In this document: positions 34,901-48,616 of the stretch, in pieces
Layout of the letters: each line of letters starts with the position of its first letter
Numbering within the stretch: position 1 is the stretch's first letter
Notes under the pieces: model-generated
What the model was told of the DNA's origin: nothing
Databases searched by the model: none
The model's input: only the letters and a program-made list of their open reading frames with translations
Source: Lama guanicoe
Lineage: Eukaryota
DNA: 64,000 bases
Assembly: GCA_013239625.1 (NCBI GenBank)
Contig: MU054001.1
Location: 2,672,151 to 2,736,150 of the forward strand
Direction of reading: 5' to 3'
Translations under genes and position numbers: made by a program

Positions 34901-37669
34901 TTTAATCAAATAATTCAAAGACATAGTTTCAAGAGTTGAATAGACTTCACAAGGCTTATAGTAAAAAGTAACACTATCTTGATATGGTCTTTTAAAATGT
35001 TTAACTTCATTGTTTTGAACATTCCATAGACTCTTTCAGTAATCCAAACTTATTATTGCTAGTCTAAAAGAAGCAATAATACCCTTTCATTGTATGAAAA
35101 GGAGAATTAAAGACATAGTAGGAAAGAACCTCAAGACACTTTATTCTCATCACCCAAAAATATTTGGGCCTCTAGGACACTAAAGTTAAAACCATTACTT
35201 TCTGGAGATCAAATCTCAAAGGTAAACTCAGTGATATGATCTAAAAAGAATGTTTCCATTATTCAGATGTGATAAGGAAATGCACAAGGGCCCAGCACAT
35301 GCAGGCTCTATCTTGGTTTCTGAGTATCTTCCAAAGTGAGTCACTGAAGGTGAATTTCATAAGTAGTCCCTCTGCTATACGTTGTGATATTGTGGATCGG
35401 CCTGAAATGTTAGTGTATTGATGGCTATTTTCCTTAGTCCTTGAAACAACAAATGATGCTGAAGAAGAAATAGGTTTTAATATTTGTGAAAACCGAATGA
35501 GAAATAGAAAAGTCAGACATAGTCACTTAGTTTAAAAAAGCAAAATGCCTTTCTTAGAGGACTTCCTGAATTGGCTAGTTAGAATTTGCTCATAGAATAA
35601 AGGAATATACTTATCTTTATTCTCACTCAAACCTCTGATACATCACATCTTAGCTGATTGCATTTTCTTGAAGTGGCTAGAGGTGGTAATATATGAACAG
35701 TCAATAATTTCTGAGCATTTTCATCTTTACAGTACACATCTAATGAGTTTATGTCTTCATTCTTAATTACTTCAGCAATAGATATATGATCCCATGTGAA
35801 AAGACATATTTAATTAATATTGCCTCTTAAAGCTTTGCGAGGAAACATTTCCTCGATTTGCCATATGAATTTATAGGCTCCATCATGGATATCACTCATG
35901 CAATAAGTGCCTCGGGAAAGGAGTGCTAAGCAAAGCCACTCAGCAATCTGGTCGCAAACAGGAAGGGAGGCAACAGCTTTATCTTCAATGTAAGTCCCAA
36001 GGATGGAACACAGAGGATAGATGCTGATCATCTCAAGTAGTGCCAGATTTATGACAGGTTCTCCTCTTAACCAACAGAATGAAAGAGGGGAGGTGGCAGT
36101 GAGACCAGATTCTTCTGGTGCATTGAGGGAGAAAGGAAACAAAAAAGGAACCTGAGAGGCTGGGATCATCTCCTTAGACTTTGTTATTATCTTTTTTGAC
36201 GTTTTAAAAATGCTTTTTAAGGTTTTGTTGTTTGTTATAGTGGGAAATGACAATTAGAAGATAGTTTAAAAAGTGGAAAAAAAAATCCTGACACCCTGAT
36301 CGAATCACTATTGTGTGAGGTATATTTCCTTCTAGTCTTCTTTTTTAGTACGGTTGACTATCCTATATATAATTTGTATCTTTAATTTCACTTCACAGTC
36401 TTCACCAATATCACTTTAATGTCTACAAAACGTGTTATTTAGAAATTGCTTAAGTTAATTACTCATTTCCTTCACAATTTTCATTTTTGAGAAAGAGGTA
36501 AAGATATTTTTCTAGAAAGGTATTTTTCTCATCACATAGTTATTAGCTGACTAGCCTTTTCTGCATCTCCACCCCTGAAATGGGATTCTGGAATATTATA
36601 CCTCTTCTTTCTGTTGCTTAATCCATACACATCCAAATATCCAAAACAGCTATTGACATTTTGTTGCAGTGGAGAGGTTTTCATTAGAGATTCGGGATCC
36701 AGAAGGGAGGACCTGGGGTTAATAGTGGACTCAGTTTCATGCATTTTAATTACTCCCAAACCCAAATTAGATTCTCAGATAAAATAGCATCAGGTATTAA
36801 CAGGGGCCGGGAGGTCAGAGGTTCCAGGGCCCTGCCAACTGTAGCAGCCATCAGTGCTATAATTGATTAAAGCATCACAGGGTAATATTTTTTGAAGTGT
36901 GTCACAGTATTTCTTCTCGTTAGGTGCTACATTTGCTTGCTGCTGTAAAACATGCTGAAATAATTAGATTACTGGCAATCATGGGGAAAAATAACATCTG
37001 CCATGGATATGATGTCACAATATTTTAAAGGAAAAAATCCAGGATACTTCTTTCATACTCTGAAAATTTTCTGTCTTATTCTTATCCTTTCTTTGTTCAC
37101 TCTCTTCTCTGCTTTGCTAACAGGCAGAGAAGAGTCAGATTTCTCTGGGGTGTCAACTGCACAATACTTGAATGCCTAGGTAGAGCAGAAGCTGATATGT
37201 TTCCCTGGAGGTCTTTAGAGATGGAATAGCTATCTGGATATTTATACGGAATATCAGAGTGAGAAACCTTTTTCAAGAATCTATAGATTATACAACATTA
37301 CAGTGAGTGCTCTGGGATTCACAGAAGGAGCCCTAAATTGGAAACTATTAGTTTTAGGGTCCCATTTCCTGGCTATGTAGGTTATCTAATGCCACCAAGC
37401 TTCACTTTCTTTATCTGTAAAAATAAGGATGTTGAATTATGAATTCAACAGGCCCTTCTTGCTTTAGTTTGCTGTCAGAAGAAATTTTCTCTCCTTAAGC
37501 TGCCTACAGAGAGAGCAAAAGATCTCAGACATTAAAGTCAAGAAACAGAATCGTAGAGTAGGAAATTTAGAAAGCTTGGAAGCTGGTGGAAGGTGCATCT
37601 GTAAAGGTTTGGTAGTTATTGACTGGTGGGAGTAACTGGAAATTGACTTGCTTGTTGCTTATTTCCCAC

Positions 37670-37805
37670 CCTCACCCCTTCACGTAAGGTCCATGAGAGA
37701 TTGTCTGTCTTGTTCTCAGCTAGCTGTGTCTAATTACTTAGAATAGTTCCTGCAACACAAAGGTGTCAGTGAGTATTTGGTAAGGAGTTGAATAACGAAT
37801 AGGTT
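37670..37805 (+). mobile_element. L2 3' end
   Basis: GTAAGGTCCATGAGAG...TGTCTGTCTTGTTC...TTAGAATAGTTCCTG...GAGTATTTG...GTTGAATAACGAAT. Confidence 0.65.
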
Positions 37806-38119
37806 TGCTCAGTAGTAGACATTTGTAACATGAGGTGTAGGTCCATGCAATATTCACAAAGAGGAAAGGCATTCTCGGCAAAGTACCACCACCTTTTAGT
37901 ATCCTTCATGCTCAAGGACCGAGATGGAGGTGGGTCTATGTGAAATCTAGAGCTATTTTCTAATTAATTGGATGGCAACTGGGTTGACTTTCAGAGATAC
38001 AGTTCAGGTACTAAAAAGACTGGAAATACTCAATTGGTTCTACAATCCATTTTGTAGTTGCTCATGTAAATAAACCCTAAATCTTATTCACATATTTGTC
38101 TGTGCATCCTTTCTTAAAA

Positions 38120-38996
38120 AATGAGTTTATTTGTTAGAACAGTTTTAGATTTACAGAAAAATTGAGAAGATAGTACAGAGAGTTCCTATATACCTGTATT
38201 TAGTCACTCTGTTATTAATATCTTACATCAATATGGTACACTTGTTAAAATTAATAAACCAATATTGGCACATTGTTATTAACTAAAGTCCATAGATTCC
38301 TTAGTTTTACCTAATGTCCTTTTTCTGTTCCAGTATTTTATCTAGGATACCACATTGCATTTACTTTCCATGTCCCTTCAGTTTCCTCATGGCTGTGACA
38401 CTTTCTCAGTTTTAGATGACCTGGACAATTTGGAGGAGTACTGGTCAGACATTTTTTAGACTATCCCACGACTGAAATTTGTCTGATGTTCTCCCCATGA
38501 TTATATCAGAGTTATGAGTTTAGGGGAGAAAGACCACAAAAGTAAGTGCCATTTTCATCAAGGATATGCACTATTAACCTGATTTGTCACTGTTGCTGCT
38601 GACCTGATCACCTGGCTGAGGAAGTGTTTGTTAGGTGTCTCCACTGTAAACTTACTCTTTCCCCCTCTTTCTCTACTGTGTGCTTTGGAAGGAAGTTACT
38701 ATGCACAGTCCACTCTTAAGGAGTGGGGAGTTATGTTCCACCTCCTTGAGGTAGGAGTAATTACATAAGGTATTTGCAGTTCCTCTGAACAAGAAATTTA
38801 TAACTTATTTATATTTTCTCAATTATTTATATCCATATAAACTTATGGATATTTATATTATACTTTGAGTTATAATTGAATACTACTTTTATTTATATTG
38901 CTGCCCAAGGTGTTCCAGCACTGGCCATTGAGAGCTCTTCTAGTTCACTTTTTTGTCCCTTTCACATGCCCACATCAATGTGGATTTTTTGGGCTT

Positions 38997-39054
<58 letters not shown>

Positions 39055-39140
39055 TCTTTACTTTCTGCTATTATGAGATGCTCCAAGATCATCTTGTATA
39101 CCTCCTACCCCAGTCCTATAATCAGTTACTTCTCCAAAGA
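38120..39140 (-). mobile_element. L1MC/L1MD-type 3' UTR
   Basis: CAGTTTTAGATTTACAGAAAAATTGAGAAGATAGTACAGAGAGTTCC...CTAATGTCCTTTTTCTGTTCCAG...GGAAGGAAGTTACTATGCACAG. Confidence 0.85.
39002..39053. repeat. (TTA)n microsatellite
   Basis: Perfect TTA run; this explains the poly-L/Y/I ORFs. Confidence 0.95.
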
Positions 39141-41499
39141 TGTGCATCCTTTAAAAATCACTTTTTTATTCCTTGCAAATGTTTTGGTTCTTATTCTCAG
39201 CTTTAGCTGTGCTCAGAAGCTTTTATTGTTAACTTCTTTGTTTGTCAGTCCAGAGGTGCCAGAGTTTTCAGAGTCTATTGCTAAATAAGAGTTTAGAAAT
39301 AGACTTGCAGTTTCTCTTCTGAGGCTCCTATATCACCAGTGTCAAATGCTGCAGCTTGTTAACAAGAAAGCTACTATCCAGAGAGGGCTTAGAAATGCCA
39401 ATTAGAGTCAGATCATTTATTTATAAATGTACGAATTCATTTCACGTTTTATCATGGGGCAAAGCATGCCTTGCCCCTTTAACTGTCAAGATTACTGAGC
39501 TGGGCAGAACGAATGACATGTTATCCAAATGACACTTCTGACTTCCACAGCTGCTTCCCTGCTCCCCAAAGGCTCCCACCTCTCCTGAATTCATGGAGGG
39601 TGGGCTTTTTATTGCTTCTAAGGATTGTTTTCCATGGAAGGAAGAAAAGATGAGTTTCCTTGGGTTAAGTAATAGATGTGAAGAGAGCAGTTTATGCACA
39701 TAAGATGGATAATTTTAACCCTGGGCAAGTTCTTGAGCTGGTTTGTTGAGTGATATTTTTTAGAAAGTGGCAAAATATAATATATACCCTTTTCCTAATC
39801 ATTCAAGGTCTCAGGTTTGTGAAGGAAGTCCTTCCCTTGATAATGAGTAAATTCTGAAGGACCAAAAATAATTTCTGATGGGATTCTCCAGGGTGTCCAG
39901 TCTGACCAGGGAGCAATTTCTTTTAGCCTAGAGGAAAATTGTACATTCGGATCCGGAAAAAAGAGAGGTCATCTCTGGCAGCTGCCTTTTACTTCTGGAG
40001 ACTTAGATGATCAGCATCCTCTTTTAGGGCTGAGACTGCATCTTAGTGGACCGGCTAAAGGAAATGTAAATCCAGCCCCTCCCCAACTCCTGAACCAGGC
40101 AGCAAGTGACTTATTCAAGGTGAACCCAATTAACAACACCTATACCTGTTATAGCTTCCTAAACACGATTGGCAATTTAAAGACTAGGGCCAGCATTTAG
40201 CCACTTCTCAAAAATGTGGCAAGGTGAACTAGGAAAAGGGAGGGGAGAAGTTTTATTTCTTGTCTCTATTAAGATGCCTGATTGCCTTGTCAGTAACTGT
40301 TACAAACATGTTTTTAGTTTTATAGATACTTGGAATAAACTTTAAATATGGATGTATGTGAATGTCCCTCTAAAAGAAGAAAGAAAATTGTTCATAATAC
40401 CAGAAAGATGTTGATTTAGGTTAATTTAGATCTAAAAGCTCCAAAATTCACACTGCCTATAGTAGCTTTTTTTTTTTCTGTTTTTTAAAATTCTTTTGCC
40501 TGGATGAGTCAGTCATTTTACAACAACTCAAAATTTCCTCTCCAGATACAGAATGAGATGCCATTATTATTGAAATTGTGAAATAATTACTAGCTATAAC
40601 TTTGGTTCTGTAAAGTTCACCTTTTCCTTTGAATAGCGTCTTCTTTATGTAGGGCTCTGCTTCCAAATTAACCATCCATCAGGGGAAATTTCTGTTGAGG
40701 CCAGCTTTCTGGACTTTCCACCCTGGAGCACAAGTTTACAAGGCTCCTTTGGCTTCAGTTTAGGTGAGTAGATCAGATGCGATGAGAGGTGGAGGGCTGT
40801 CACCATTCCCACTAAGTGACCTCATGGTTGATACAGAATGGGGGCTCAAATTGCAGGGCTATTAAACTGAAAGGCCTCCTTTACACTTGCCCATTTCCAG
40901 GTAGAGCTTGAAAGATATCCACATTAAAGTTTACTACGTATGAAATGTACATAATGGCGCAAGGCAAAATGTGTGACAATCTCCTGGCAGGATTCATCAA
41001 TCATTCCAGACTTTTTTCAGTAGGGATAAAGGGCTCAGCATGACTCGAGTAAAGGTTTACGTCCCAGGAATCTTGGTTTAGTAGAAATATATCCTCTGAG
41101 TTATTTTTTATTAACAGCTCTTTGGGGAGAAAAGGTTGTAAGAAAATCCCCCCTTCCTGGACCATGGATTTATTACTAAAAGCCCATATCAAATCTCTTG
41201 ATCCATTAAGTACTGTGTGTTACTATACATCATAGGTGACTATCTTTGGAGAAACAGTGACATAGTGCATAAGACAGACAATACTTTGTGGATTGAAGCT
41301 GTTCGGTACACTTTACTGCACCTCTTTTTTTTTTTTTAAACCAGGAATGATCAGGAAATGGGATGTACCATTTATAACCAAATATTTGGTTAACTGGTAT
41401 TCACTAATATATTTGCTAATATTTTAGCAATTTTCAGAGGTTAAGTAATAATGACATATTCGTGCTTTTAAAACATTCCAAGTTTTCACCATTTTTAGC

Positions 41500-41730
41500 T
41501 AAAAATAGCTAGTATTTATTGAGTGCCTCATATGTGCTTGACACCCTATTAAACTGCTTAGGTGCATTAGCTCACTGATTGTTCTCCATTTTCCTCGGAG
41601 GTAGGTGCAAGTATTGGCTTCAATTTAATTGGTTGATAATTGAGGCTCAGAGAGTTAAGTATTTTGCCCAAGGTTACACAGGTATTCAGTGATGAGGCTA
41701 GGATTTGAATCAAGCCAGGCTGCCTGTGAT
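41500..41730 (-). mobile_element. MIR SINE
   Basis: ATTTATTGAGTGCCT...TGAGGCTCAGAGAGTTAAGTATTTTGCCCAAGGTTACACAG...GGATTTGAATC. Confidence 0.85.
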
Positions 41731-42124
41731 CTTGACTGTTCTTGTAAACTGCCTGCCAAATAATATAAATTGCTACTGTGGTCTAGTATAACCTTTTTCT
41801 AATATTCCAGATGTAGGCCAGCTTCTGTATCAACACACCAGAATGGAAACTCTCTGAGAATGGAAAATCTCTGAGTCTCAAGATAGTCCTTTGTTATAAA
41901 AAATCATTTACCTTTACTATCTAAAAATCTCCCTTCTTGTGGCTTTTATCCACTGCTTCTGGTTTTGTTCCTAGAACTAGTTATGAGACTGTTACATGAA
42001 AGATGAATCTTCCTTCTGTGTGGTGGCTCTGCATATATTTAAAGGCAACTACCATGACCCTTCAGCCCCACCCACCACTTTTCCAGGCTGAGCATCATCA
42101 GTCTCTACAAGTATCTTTCATAGA

Positions 42125-42330
42125 AAATAATAATGATAATAAATATAATACCTAATAATTCCAGGGGAGTGTGCCAAGCACTTAGACAAATGTGAATCCA
42201 CTGAGTCCTTTTGGGAACCCTGTAATATTTTTCCATTTTATAGATACAGCAACTGAAGCTCAAATCAGTTAGATTATATGCTCAGGCCTTGTAGGTGGCA
42301 GATGAATTTCTAACTTTAAAGATTTTGCTC
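42125..42330 (-). mobile_element. MIR SINE
   Basis: GTGTGCCAAGCACTT...CCATTTTATAGATACAGCAACTGAAGCTCA. Confidence 0.65.
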
Positions 42331-43799
42331 CTGCTGTGTTGCTCCTGGTGGCAACTCTGCTAAGGTCTTTCTATTGTTGAACCCCAGAATCCACTGCCAG
42401 GCCTAGAACTAAGTAGCCCACCCTGCGATCTCCTTTTCCTTCCTGATAATTGGTCCCAGTGCCCCAACCCCCTTTTACTTATCTGGATAACTACCTATAT
42501 TTACTTTTTCTTTTATGGGGGCTTCTATCAAACTGGCTGCAGAGTGGATCCCAGTCTCCTAGCCCGTATTCCTTTTATTTATCATTCCATACAGGGGTAC
42601 CAATGGGAAATCAAAATAATGGAAAAATATCCTTATATGGGTAGCTTCTGGCCAGTCTGTCTGGGAGGGTAAATGGACAAGCTCTTAGCATAGAAGGTCT
42701 TTGGATGAAATTGAGGCAGATGGGGGAGTGAGAATGAAACTCCTAAAACTGAGCCCAAAGTTGTGTATTAATTGAAGAGAGGGTTGTGGTCATGCTGCTA
42801 GTGAATGGCAGAGCCAGCTTTCAAATGCATGTCTGGCTAAATCCAAGTTAGACATAGTTGTGCCTTTAGCACACTGGACCTGGGTTGAGCTCTCCTAGAA
42901 AAGTGCAAATGGCATGGACCTAAATATCCTTGAGTTAGTAAAATTTCTATGTATGAAGAGGGTACACAACAGAGCACAGCATTTCAGGCATAGTCTGAAT
43001 AATGTAAACTAAGATGTCTAAATCCGTTCCTCTAGATACTGTATCTTTATCAGTAGAGCTTTAGGATACAGTCATAGGTTTGGGGAGGCAGCGACATTAT
43101 TCCTGACTCTAGAGTCTGATTTCAGTTAACACCCATTTTTTTTCCCACTTGAACTAATAATAATCTGGGTTCCTGCTGTTTGTATTTTTCTTCTCCCTCT
43201 ATTATTTTTGGGTGCCTGAAAATACTCTTATAATTATTTCAGATTTCTGAGTGTTAGTTTGTATTCTAGATTTTCCTGTGGTTAGCATCTATCTGTGCAT
43301 GTAAGCTAAGTGCCTAGTGACGCCTCAAAATAACAGTGTTACAGATAGAAAAACAATTGCATGTTCACTGAAATTATAGATAATTGCCTTGTTTAGAAGC
43401 TTCTTGCCTTTTGGAATATGACAACTGCAAATAAAATTTAATGTGAATTCCTTAGAAGTTCTATTTTGCCATTAAGAAACATTGATTTCTTCCTTGCTAC
43501 AGTAATAACAGTTAAACTATCTAGTTACCCAACCCATTTCCACCGGGAAAAGAAAAACAAGACGATCTGAGTGCCAGTGTACGCACGTGAATGTCATTGA
43601 GAAAGATTTCTCACTGACAGTTTTTTGTGCAAGTGAGATCTTGGCTAAACACTTTACACACGTTACTTTATTTGATCTTCACAACAAGTCTATAATAATA
43701 TTAGCACTTACTGAGCGCTAACTATGAGTCAGGCACCTTTCTTGTATAATCTCATTTAATTATCACAATGTCCCTAGGAGGAAAGGTTAGGAATACCAT

Positions 43800-45665
43800 C
43801 TAAACCTGGCTAAAGATGACTTAAGTTGGTGAAATTACTTATTGTTTGCTTTATAGTAAATCTTGAAGCGGTCCTTACCGGTGCTCAATAATGTCCCAAA
43901 GGACTCAGTCTTCTTTGATACTTTCTTTCTGACAACTTCAGAGAGTCAGTGTATTGAAAGATGGCCGTGACAGCCCTAAGCATCCTGTCTTCATAGAAAA
44001 ACCCCTAAGGCAGGAGACAAAGAGGAAGTGGCAAAGGGCCTCTTCTCTATATTGTTCTTTAATTCTCGGAAGGAAAATCCTTCCTGGATGACCCTGGAAG
44101 ACTTCCTTTTTCAACTCGTTTGGTAGACTTAGGCCACACCATGGTGCTCGCCTTCCAAGGAAGTTGCAAAAGTGAGTATGTGGCAAAGGAAAAATGAGGG
44201 TGCTCTGACTGGCTTGGGAGAGTGGTTCTTAAAGCTTTTTGGTCTCAGCACCTGTTTTCACTGTTAAAAACAGAGAGCTTTGCTTATAGATAGTACCATA
44301 TTAGAAATTGAAACAGATGTATTTAGAGCGTATTTATTTATTAAAGATAACAAGAAACAAAATACATATTAATATTAAAATATGTTTACTGAAAATAATA
44401 ATTTCCTTAAAAAATTAAAATTAGCAAGAAGAGTGTTATTGCTTTATATTTTTCTAATCTCTTCAATGTCTGGTTTAACAGAAGACACCTGGATTCTCGT
44501 ATCTCCTTTTATTCAATCTATGGTGATGAGTTGTTTTAGTTGAAGTATATGAGGGAAATCCAGCCTCACGCAGATATGTAGCTGGAAAAGTTGGGATATT
44601 TTTAAAGCCCTTTTTAGATATGCATGAATATTCTTCATTGACACTACCCAAACACACCAAGTGGTAGTTTCTTAAGGTTCATTACAACATGAAATCTGAA
44701 GCCATATCAGTAAACATTTTGTACTCTGTCTCATTAAAATCTGCTGGTCTCTTTTGTAATTTGAAGGGATCTTCTGCCCACATACGATTTTGTACCATCA
44801 TGCATTGGTCACTTGTAAAATACTGGTTCATTGAGTTATACAGATCTTCCAAATGTTATATTTTATTATGCAATATAAACATCATATTCATCAATATCAC
44901 CACTGAGCTTTTCACAAATCTACATATTGCAAAGTTATCAAGCTCTCAGTGGCAGACACAAGTTTTCCAAAATTCTCATTATCACTTGAAAGCTCATATC
45001 TTATCATTGGCAGCAAATACTATCAGTTGTTTTCCTTGAAGCTTGAGATTCATATTGTCTGTCAAATACCTAAGTCTGGATAACCATGGTTTTTCAGTTT
45101 TTCTTTTAAATAAAAATGGTGTTCTGTGATAAAAGTGGTTAGTTCAGCCTGTAACTCACACATTTGCACAGGTTGCCTTTCCTTGAGACACAGTCCTTCA
45201 GTATACCCAGAAGTGATTCATGTATACTTCTCATTTCCTCACATATAATAGTTAAAAGATGTGTATTCAAGGGTCAGAATTTAATTGGATTAATAATTCA
45301 TTAGTAACTTTATTGCTCCACCAAGGATTCTTTTAAGTGGCTTTTTTTTTTTAATGGCAGTACATGGTTACGGATGCCTTAATTCATTCTAAGGGTACCA
45401 GCAGTTTTACCCACCCACCACTGCTTTCACCACAGTGAAAAAGGTGAATTAGGTCTTAGTATTCTTATGAAGATAGTTTATTTTTTGCAGGCTCCCTGAA
45501 TTGACCTCAGGGACCCCAAGGGTCTGTGGACCACATTTTGAAAACTGCTGTCTTAGACTATTAGTAATTCATCTCTTGAAGTTGGATAAATAGCTGACCA
45601 AATAAAATCAGGGTTTTATTAGCAGTGAAAAGAGAAAAATGGCTGTTGTATAGACACCACTGCGT
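43800..45665 (-). mobile_element. Old MLT1-type LTR split by a Charlie1 element
   Basis: GCTCAATAATGTCCCAAAGGACTCAG...AAGATGGC...CCAAGGAAGTTGCAAAAGTGAGTAT before 44220; AATAAAATCAGGGTTTTATTAGCA...ATGGCTGTTG after 45550. Confidence 0.55.
44220..45550. mobile_element. Charlie1a-like hAT DNA transposon, both termini present, non-coding remnant
   Basis: Starts GAGTGGTTCTTAAAGCTTTTTGGTCTCAG, ends GGGTCTGTGGACCACATTTTGAAAACTGCTG; internal CAGTGGCAGACACAAGTTTTCCAAAATTCT and TCATTGGCAGCAAATACT resemble Charlie1. Confidence 0.85.
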
Positions 45666-45849
45666 GCAAGACAGGTCTGAGTTCTGAGACAGCAGGCCTA
45701 GGACTCGACTGCAGGGTTGCCCAGTTCTTTAGCACTGGCTTTTAATCAATCCCTTCTTCTGCCTCCCAGGAAGTGTTGTTAATGTCCAGCCCATAAAGCT
45801 AGTCTCTGATCCTGCTGTTCTTCAGCCCACACACTCCGTTGTGGAATTC

Positions 45850-46272
45850 ATGCCCTCCACTATCTGCAGGATATTTCCCCACCTTTTACCCTTCAGTTTT
45901 AGCTACATTCTACTCATTCATTAACAGTCACATGCTACCCCTTGTTGTTCACATTGTCCGCCACTCACAGAGCAGTGCTTGTCTCCATCACTGTCTGTTG
46001 AAACCTCGCCTAGACCATCTACCAACCTCCTTTGTGAAGGCTTCCCACTTCTTCCAGCAAAGTTAATCTGCCTCTGTGACCTCATATTATTATAGCATTT
46101 ACTGAACCTTACTGTGTGTTACATACAGTTGTGTCCATGAGTGTTTCTCCTGCTAAATTTCAATTTCACTAAGGTTAGGGCCTACAGCTTTCTTCATCTT
46201 TATGTATTGCATTGTTTCTAACACAAGTCCTGGCAACTCATTGATGTTTGCAACTGTTTGTTGGGTGGAATT
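45850..46272 (+). mobile_element. L2 3' region
   Basis: CCTCCTTTGTGAAGGCTTCCC...TCTTCATCTTTATGT...CTAACACAAGTCCTGGCA...TGTTTGTTG. Confidence 0.6.
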
Positions 46273-46964
46273 TCACCCACAAAATGTTTGGATACACAGA
46301 GCATGAGACACATTACTGAATGCCTGAAACAGTCTATCCTTCCATTGGCTAGACATAGCAGAGGACAGTTAGGATTGGTTTTGATACATATTCATCACTA
46401 ACTTGACATATTTTTTGTCTTCTGAGAGTTGCTGCATAATCAGCTGTAAGTGGAGAAACATAAATGCCACCTTTTGGATTTTATTTTTATTTTTTTGTTT
46501 CCTTTAATGTGTTTTATTTCCTTCATACCAATGTGCATGATGAAATGAGAGATCATTTTTAGATGTGAATTCTTCCCTGACTCCGTCTTTGAGGTGGTTG
46601 ATATGAAAATTTGGTCCAGGTGTGTGATTCTTCTGCTAATTTAAGCTACTTTATCAAGCTCAATGCTTGATGCAAATGACAAACTCTGGATTAAATTTTT
46701 TCAAGTTACTAAAATAAAAGTGCATGGAAAATGAAGCTCTATCTAGACTATTCCCCCTAAAGGCTAGGTGATGAGTCTCAGTGAGTAACTAGCAAAAAAC
46801 TGCAGTAGCATAGTTGGAAAATGGAGGTGACAGGGCTGGTTCCACCATGACTCTGAAGTGCATTTATCAAATGCAGCTCTATGGAGGACTTCTCACTTCC
46901 GGGGGTTATACCAGGGGCTCTGGGGAGGAAGGGAAAACTGAGATTATGGGGTGGTAAGCTTCTT

Positions 46965-47520
46965 TTTAGTCAGGTTTATTGAGTTATAATTTACATAATA
47001 AAACCCATCCTTTTCAGGGTGCAGTTTTATGAGTTTTGACAAACACTTAGAGTTGTGTCACCACCACCATATTCAAGAAACAGAACGATGCCGCCATTAC
47101 CCCAAAAGGAGCTCCCTCTTACTCCTTTGTACTTAACCTCTTCTCCATCCCAGCCCTGGGCACATACTTAACCATTTTTTGTCTCTATAATTTTGCCTTT
47201 TCCAGGTGTCATATCAAGGAGATCATACAGTATACAGATTTTTGTTTCTGGCTTCTGTAACCTAGCACAATGCATTTGCTTTCATCTGTGTTGAAACAGA
47301 CATCAGTAGTTTGTCCTTTTTGTTGCCAAGTAGCATGGCATTGTATAAAATACCACAGTTTATCTGTTGACCAGTTGAAGGACATTTGTTTTCAGTTTGG
47401 ATATTTATGAATAAGGCCACTGTAAACATTGTGTACAGGTCTTTGTGTGAACATAAATTTTCATTTCACTTGTGTAAATACCAAGTCAGTTTGGAGTGGA
47501 ATTGTTGGGTCATATGGTAT
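46965..47520 (-). mobile_element. L1MB-like 3' end
   Basis: TTTATTGAGTTATAATTTACATAATAAAA...TTTTGCCTTTTCCAG...GGAATTGTTGGGTCATATGGTA. Confidence 0.85.
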
Positions 47521-48459
47521 CTTTAGATTATGGTTAAATTTATAATAAAAATTATATATTCTTATAGGAAAAAGCATTTCTCATGAGAAAATTATGACTT
47601 CACAGTTATTGAGACGAGCAGAGTCATGAATCCCCTAAAACAATAGACGATAATGCTATTGTCATTTGGTTTGAATAGACATTGTGTGGTAGCTTTGCAG
47701 CAGATTTATCTTCCTAATTACATTTGCTCTGAGCTGATGTTTAAATTAGTCAGTGTTCCCTGGGTACCTACCAGTGTTGCAACCAAGCAGGAGGCTGCAG
47801 GTCAGAGAGGGGGCAACCAAATGAGGATATCAATGTGGCCACAGATAATCCACAAAGTGGATAACAAGCATGCAGACAATCAATTGATGCTTACAGTGTT
47901 CTAATAGTGACATTGACAATTGCTCTATTTTGCTTGTGCAGGGTATTGACTTTTTATTCTCAGAGTGCCGTATGAGTCAGGATCATCCCCATTCCTTAGA
48001 GAGAAAATATGAAATTCCATTTTTCCCAAAAGGCTTATCCCAACTTCTATCTTATCCAAGTTAATCAGCAACTGTCCATCAAATGCCCACCCTCTTTTTC
48101 TTTACTCTTTTGATGTTTACTGGGGGAGAGTTTGGCATGTGAAAAATGGTATTTGTCCTTAGGAAGCCTTACTTAATTTGTTTAGGGAAATGAGGCTTGT
48201 AAAGGAAGAAACAGTGGCTAACATCAGATAATCTGTCATTGTGGGCTAAAGTGAGTAGACAAGAGCATGAGTATTTTAAGAGTACAGAGATAGGAAAACT
48301 AATGTTATAGGGTAGGACAGTTAGGAATGGCACAACAGAAGGGATGGGGACTTAGAGACGAGTCTATTAGAATGATCTCTATGAAGGTTAGGACCTCCTT
48401 GTCTCTGTTGTATCCCTCAGTGCCTGATGTGGCCCCACATTAGCAGATATTTATAAAAT

Positions 48460-48523
48460 ATATTATATTATATTATATTATATTATATTATATTATATTA
48501 TATTATATTATATTATATTATAT
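48460..48523. repeat. (TATTA)n pentanucleotide repeat
   Basis: About 12 perfect TATTA units. Confidence 0.95.
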
Positions 48524-48551
48524 TTCTTTTCCCCAAATTACTAGAGTGATA

Positions 48552-48616
48552 GTATATGCTGTACACCAGAGATTGACACATTGTAACTGACTGTACTTCA
48601 ATAAAAAAAAAAGAAA
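48552..48616 (+). mobile_element. 65-bp 5'-truncated lineage-specific L1 3' end with TSD
   Basis: GTATATGCTGTACACCAGAGATTGACACATTGTAACTGACTGTACTTCAATAAAAAAAAAA; flanked by AGAGTGATA at 48543-48551 and 48617-48625; homologous to the start of the 62718-63137 element. Confidence 0.8.

Noticed and set aside
35810..36253. 147-aa ORF on the - strand
   Set aside because: Non-ATG start, no recognisable protein similarity and no convincing splice boundaries.
38876..39288. Three overlapping ORFs with poly-L, poly-Y and poly-I runs
   Set aside because: Artefacts of a (TTA)n repeat inside an L1 3' UTR.
41840..41876. Tandem repeat AGAATGGAAACTCTCTG-AGAATGGAAAATCTCTGAG (also GCAACCAA repeats at about 30016-30040)
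   Set aside because: Ordinary slippage duplications with no spacers or array structure; not CRISPR-like.
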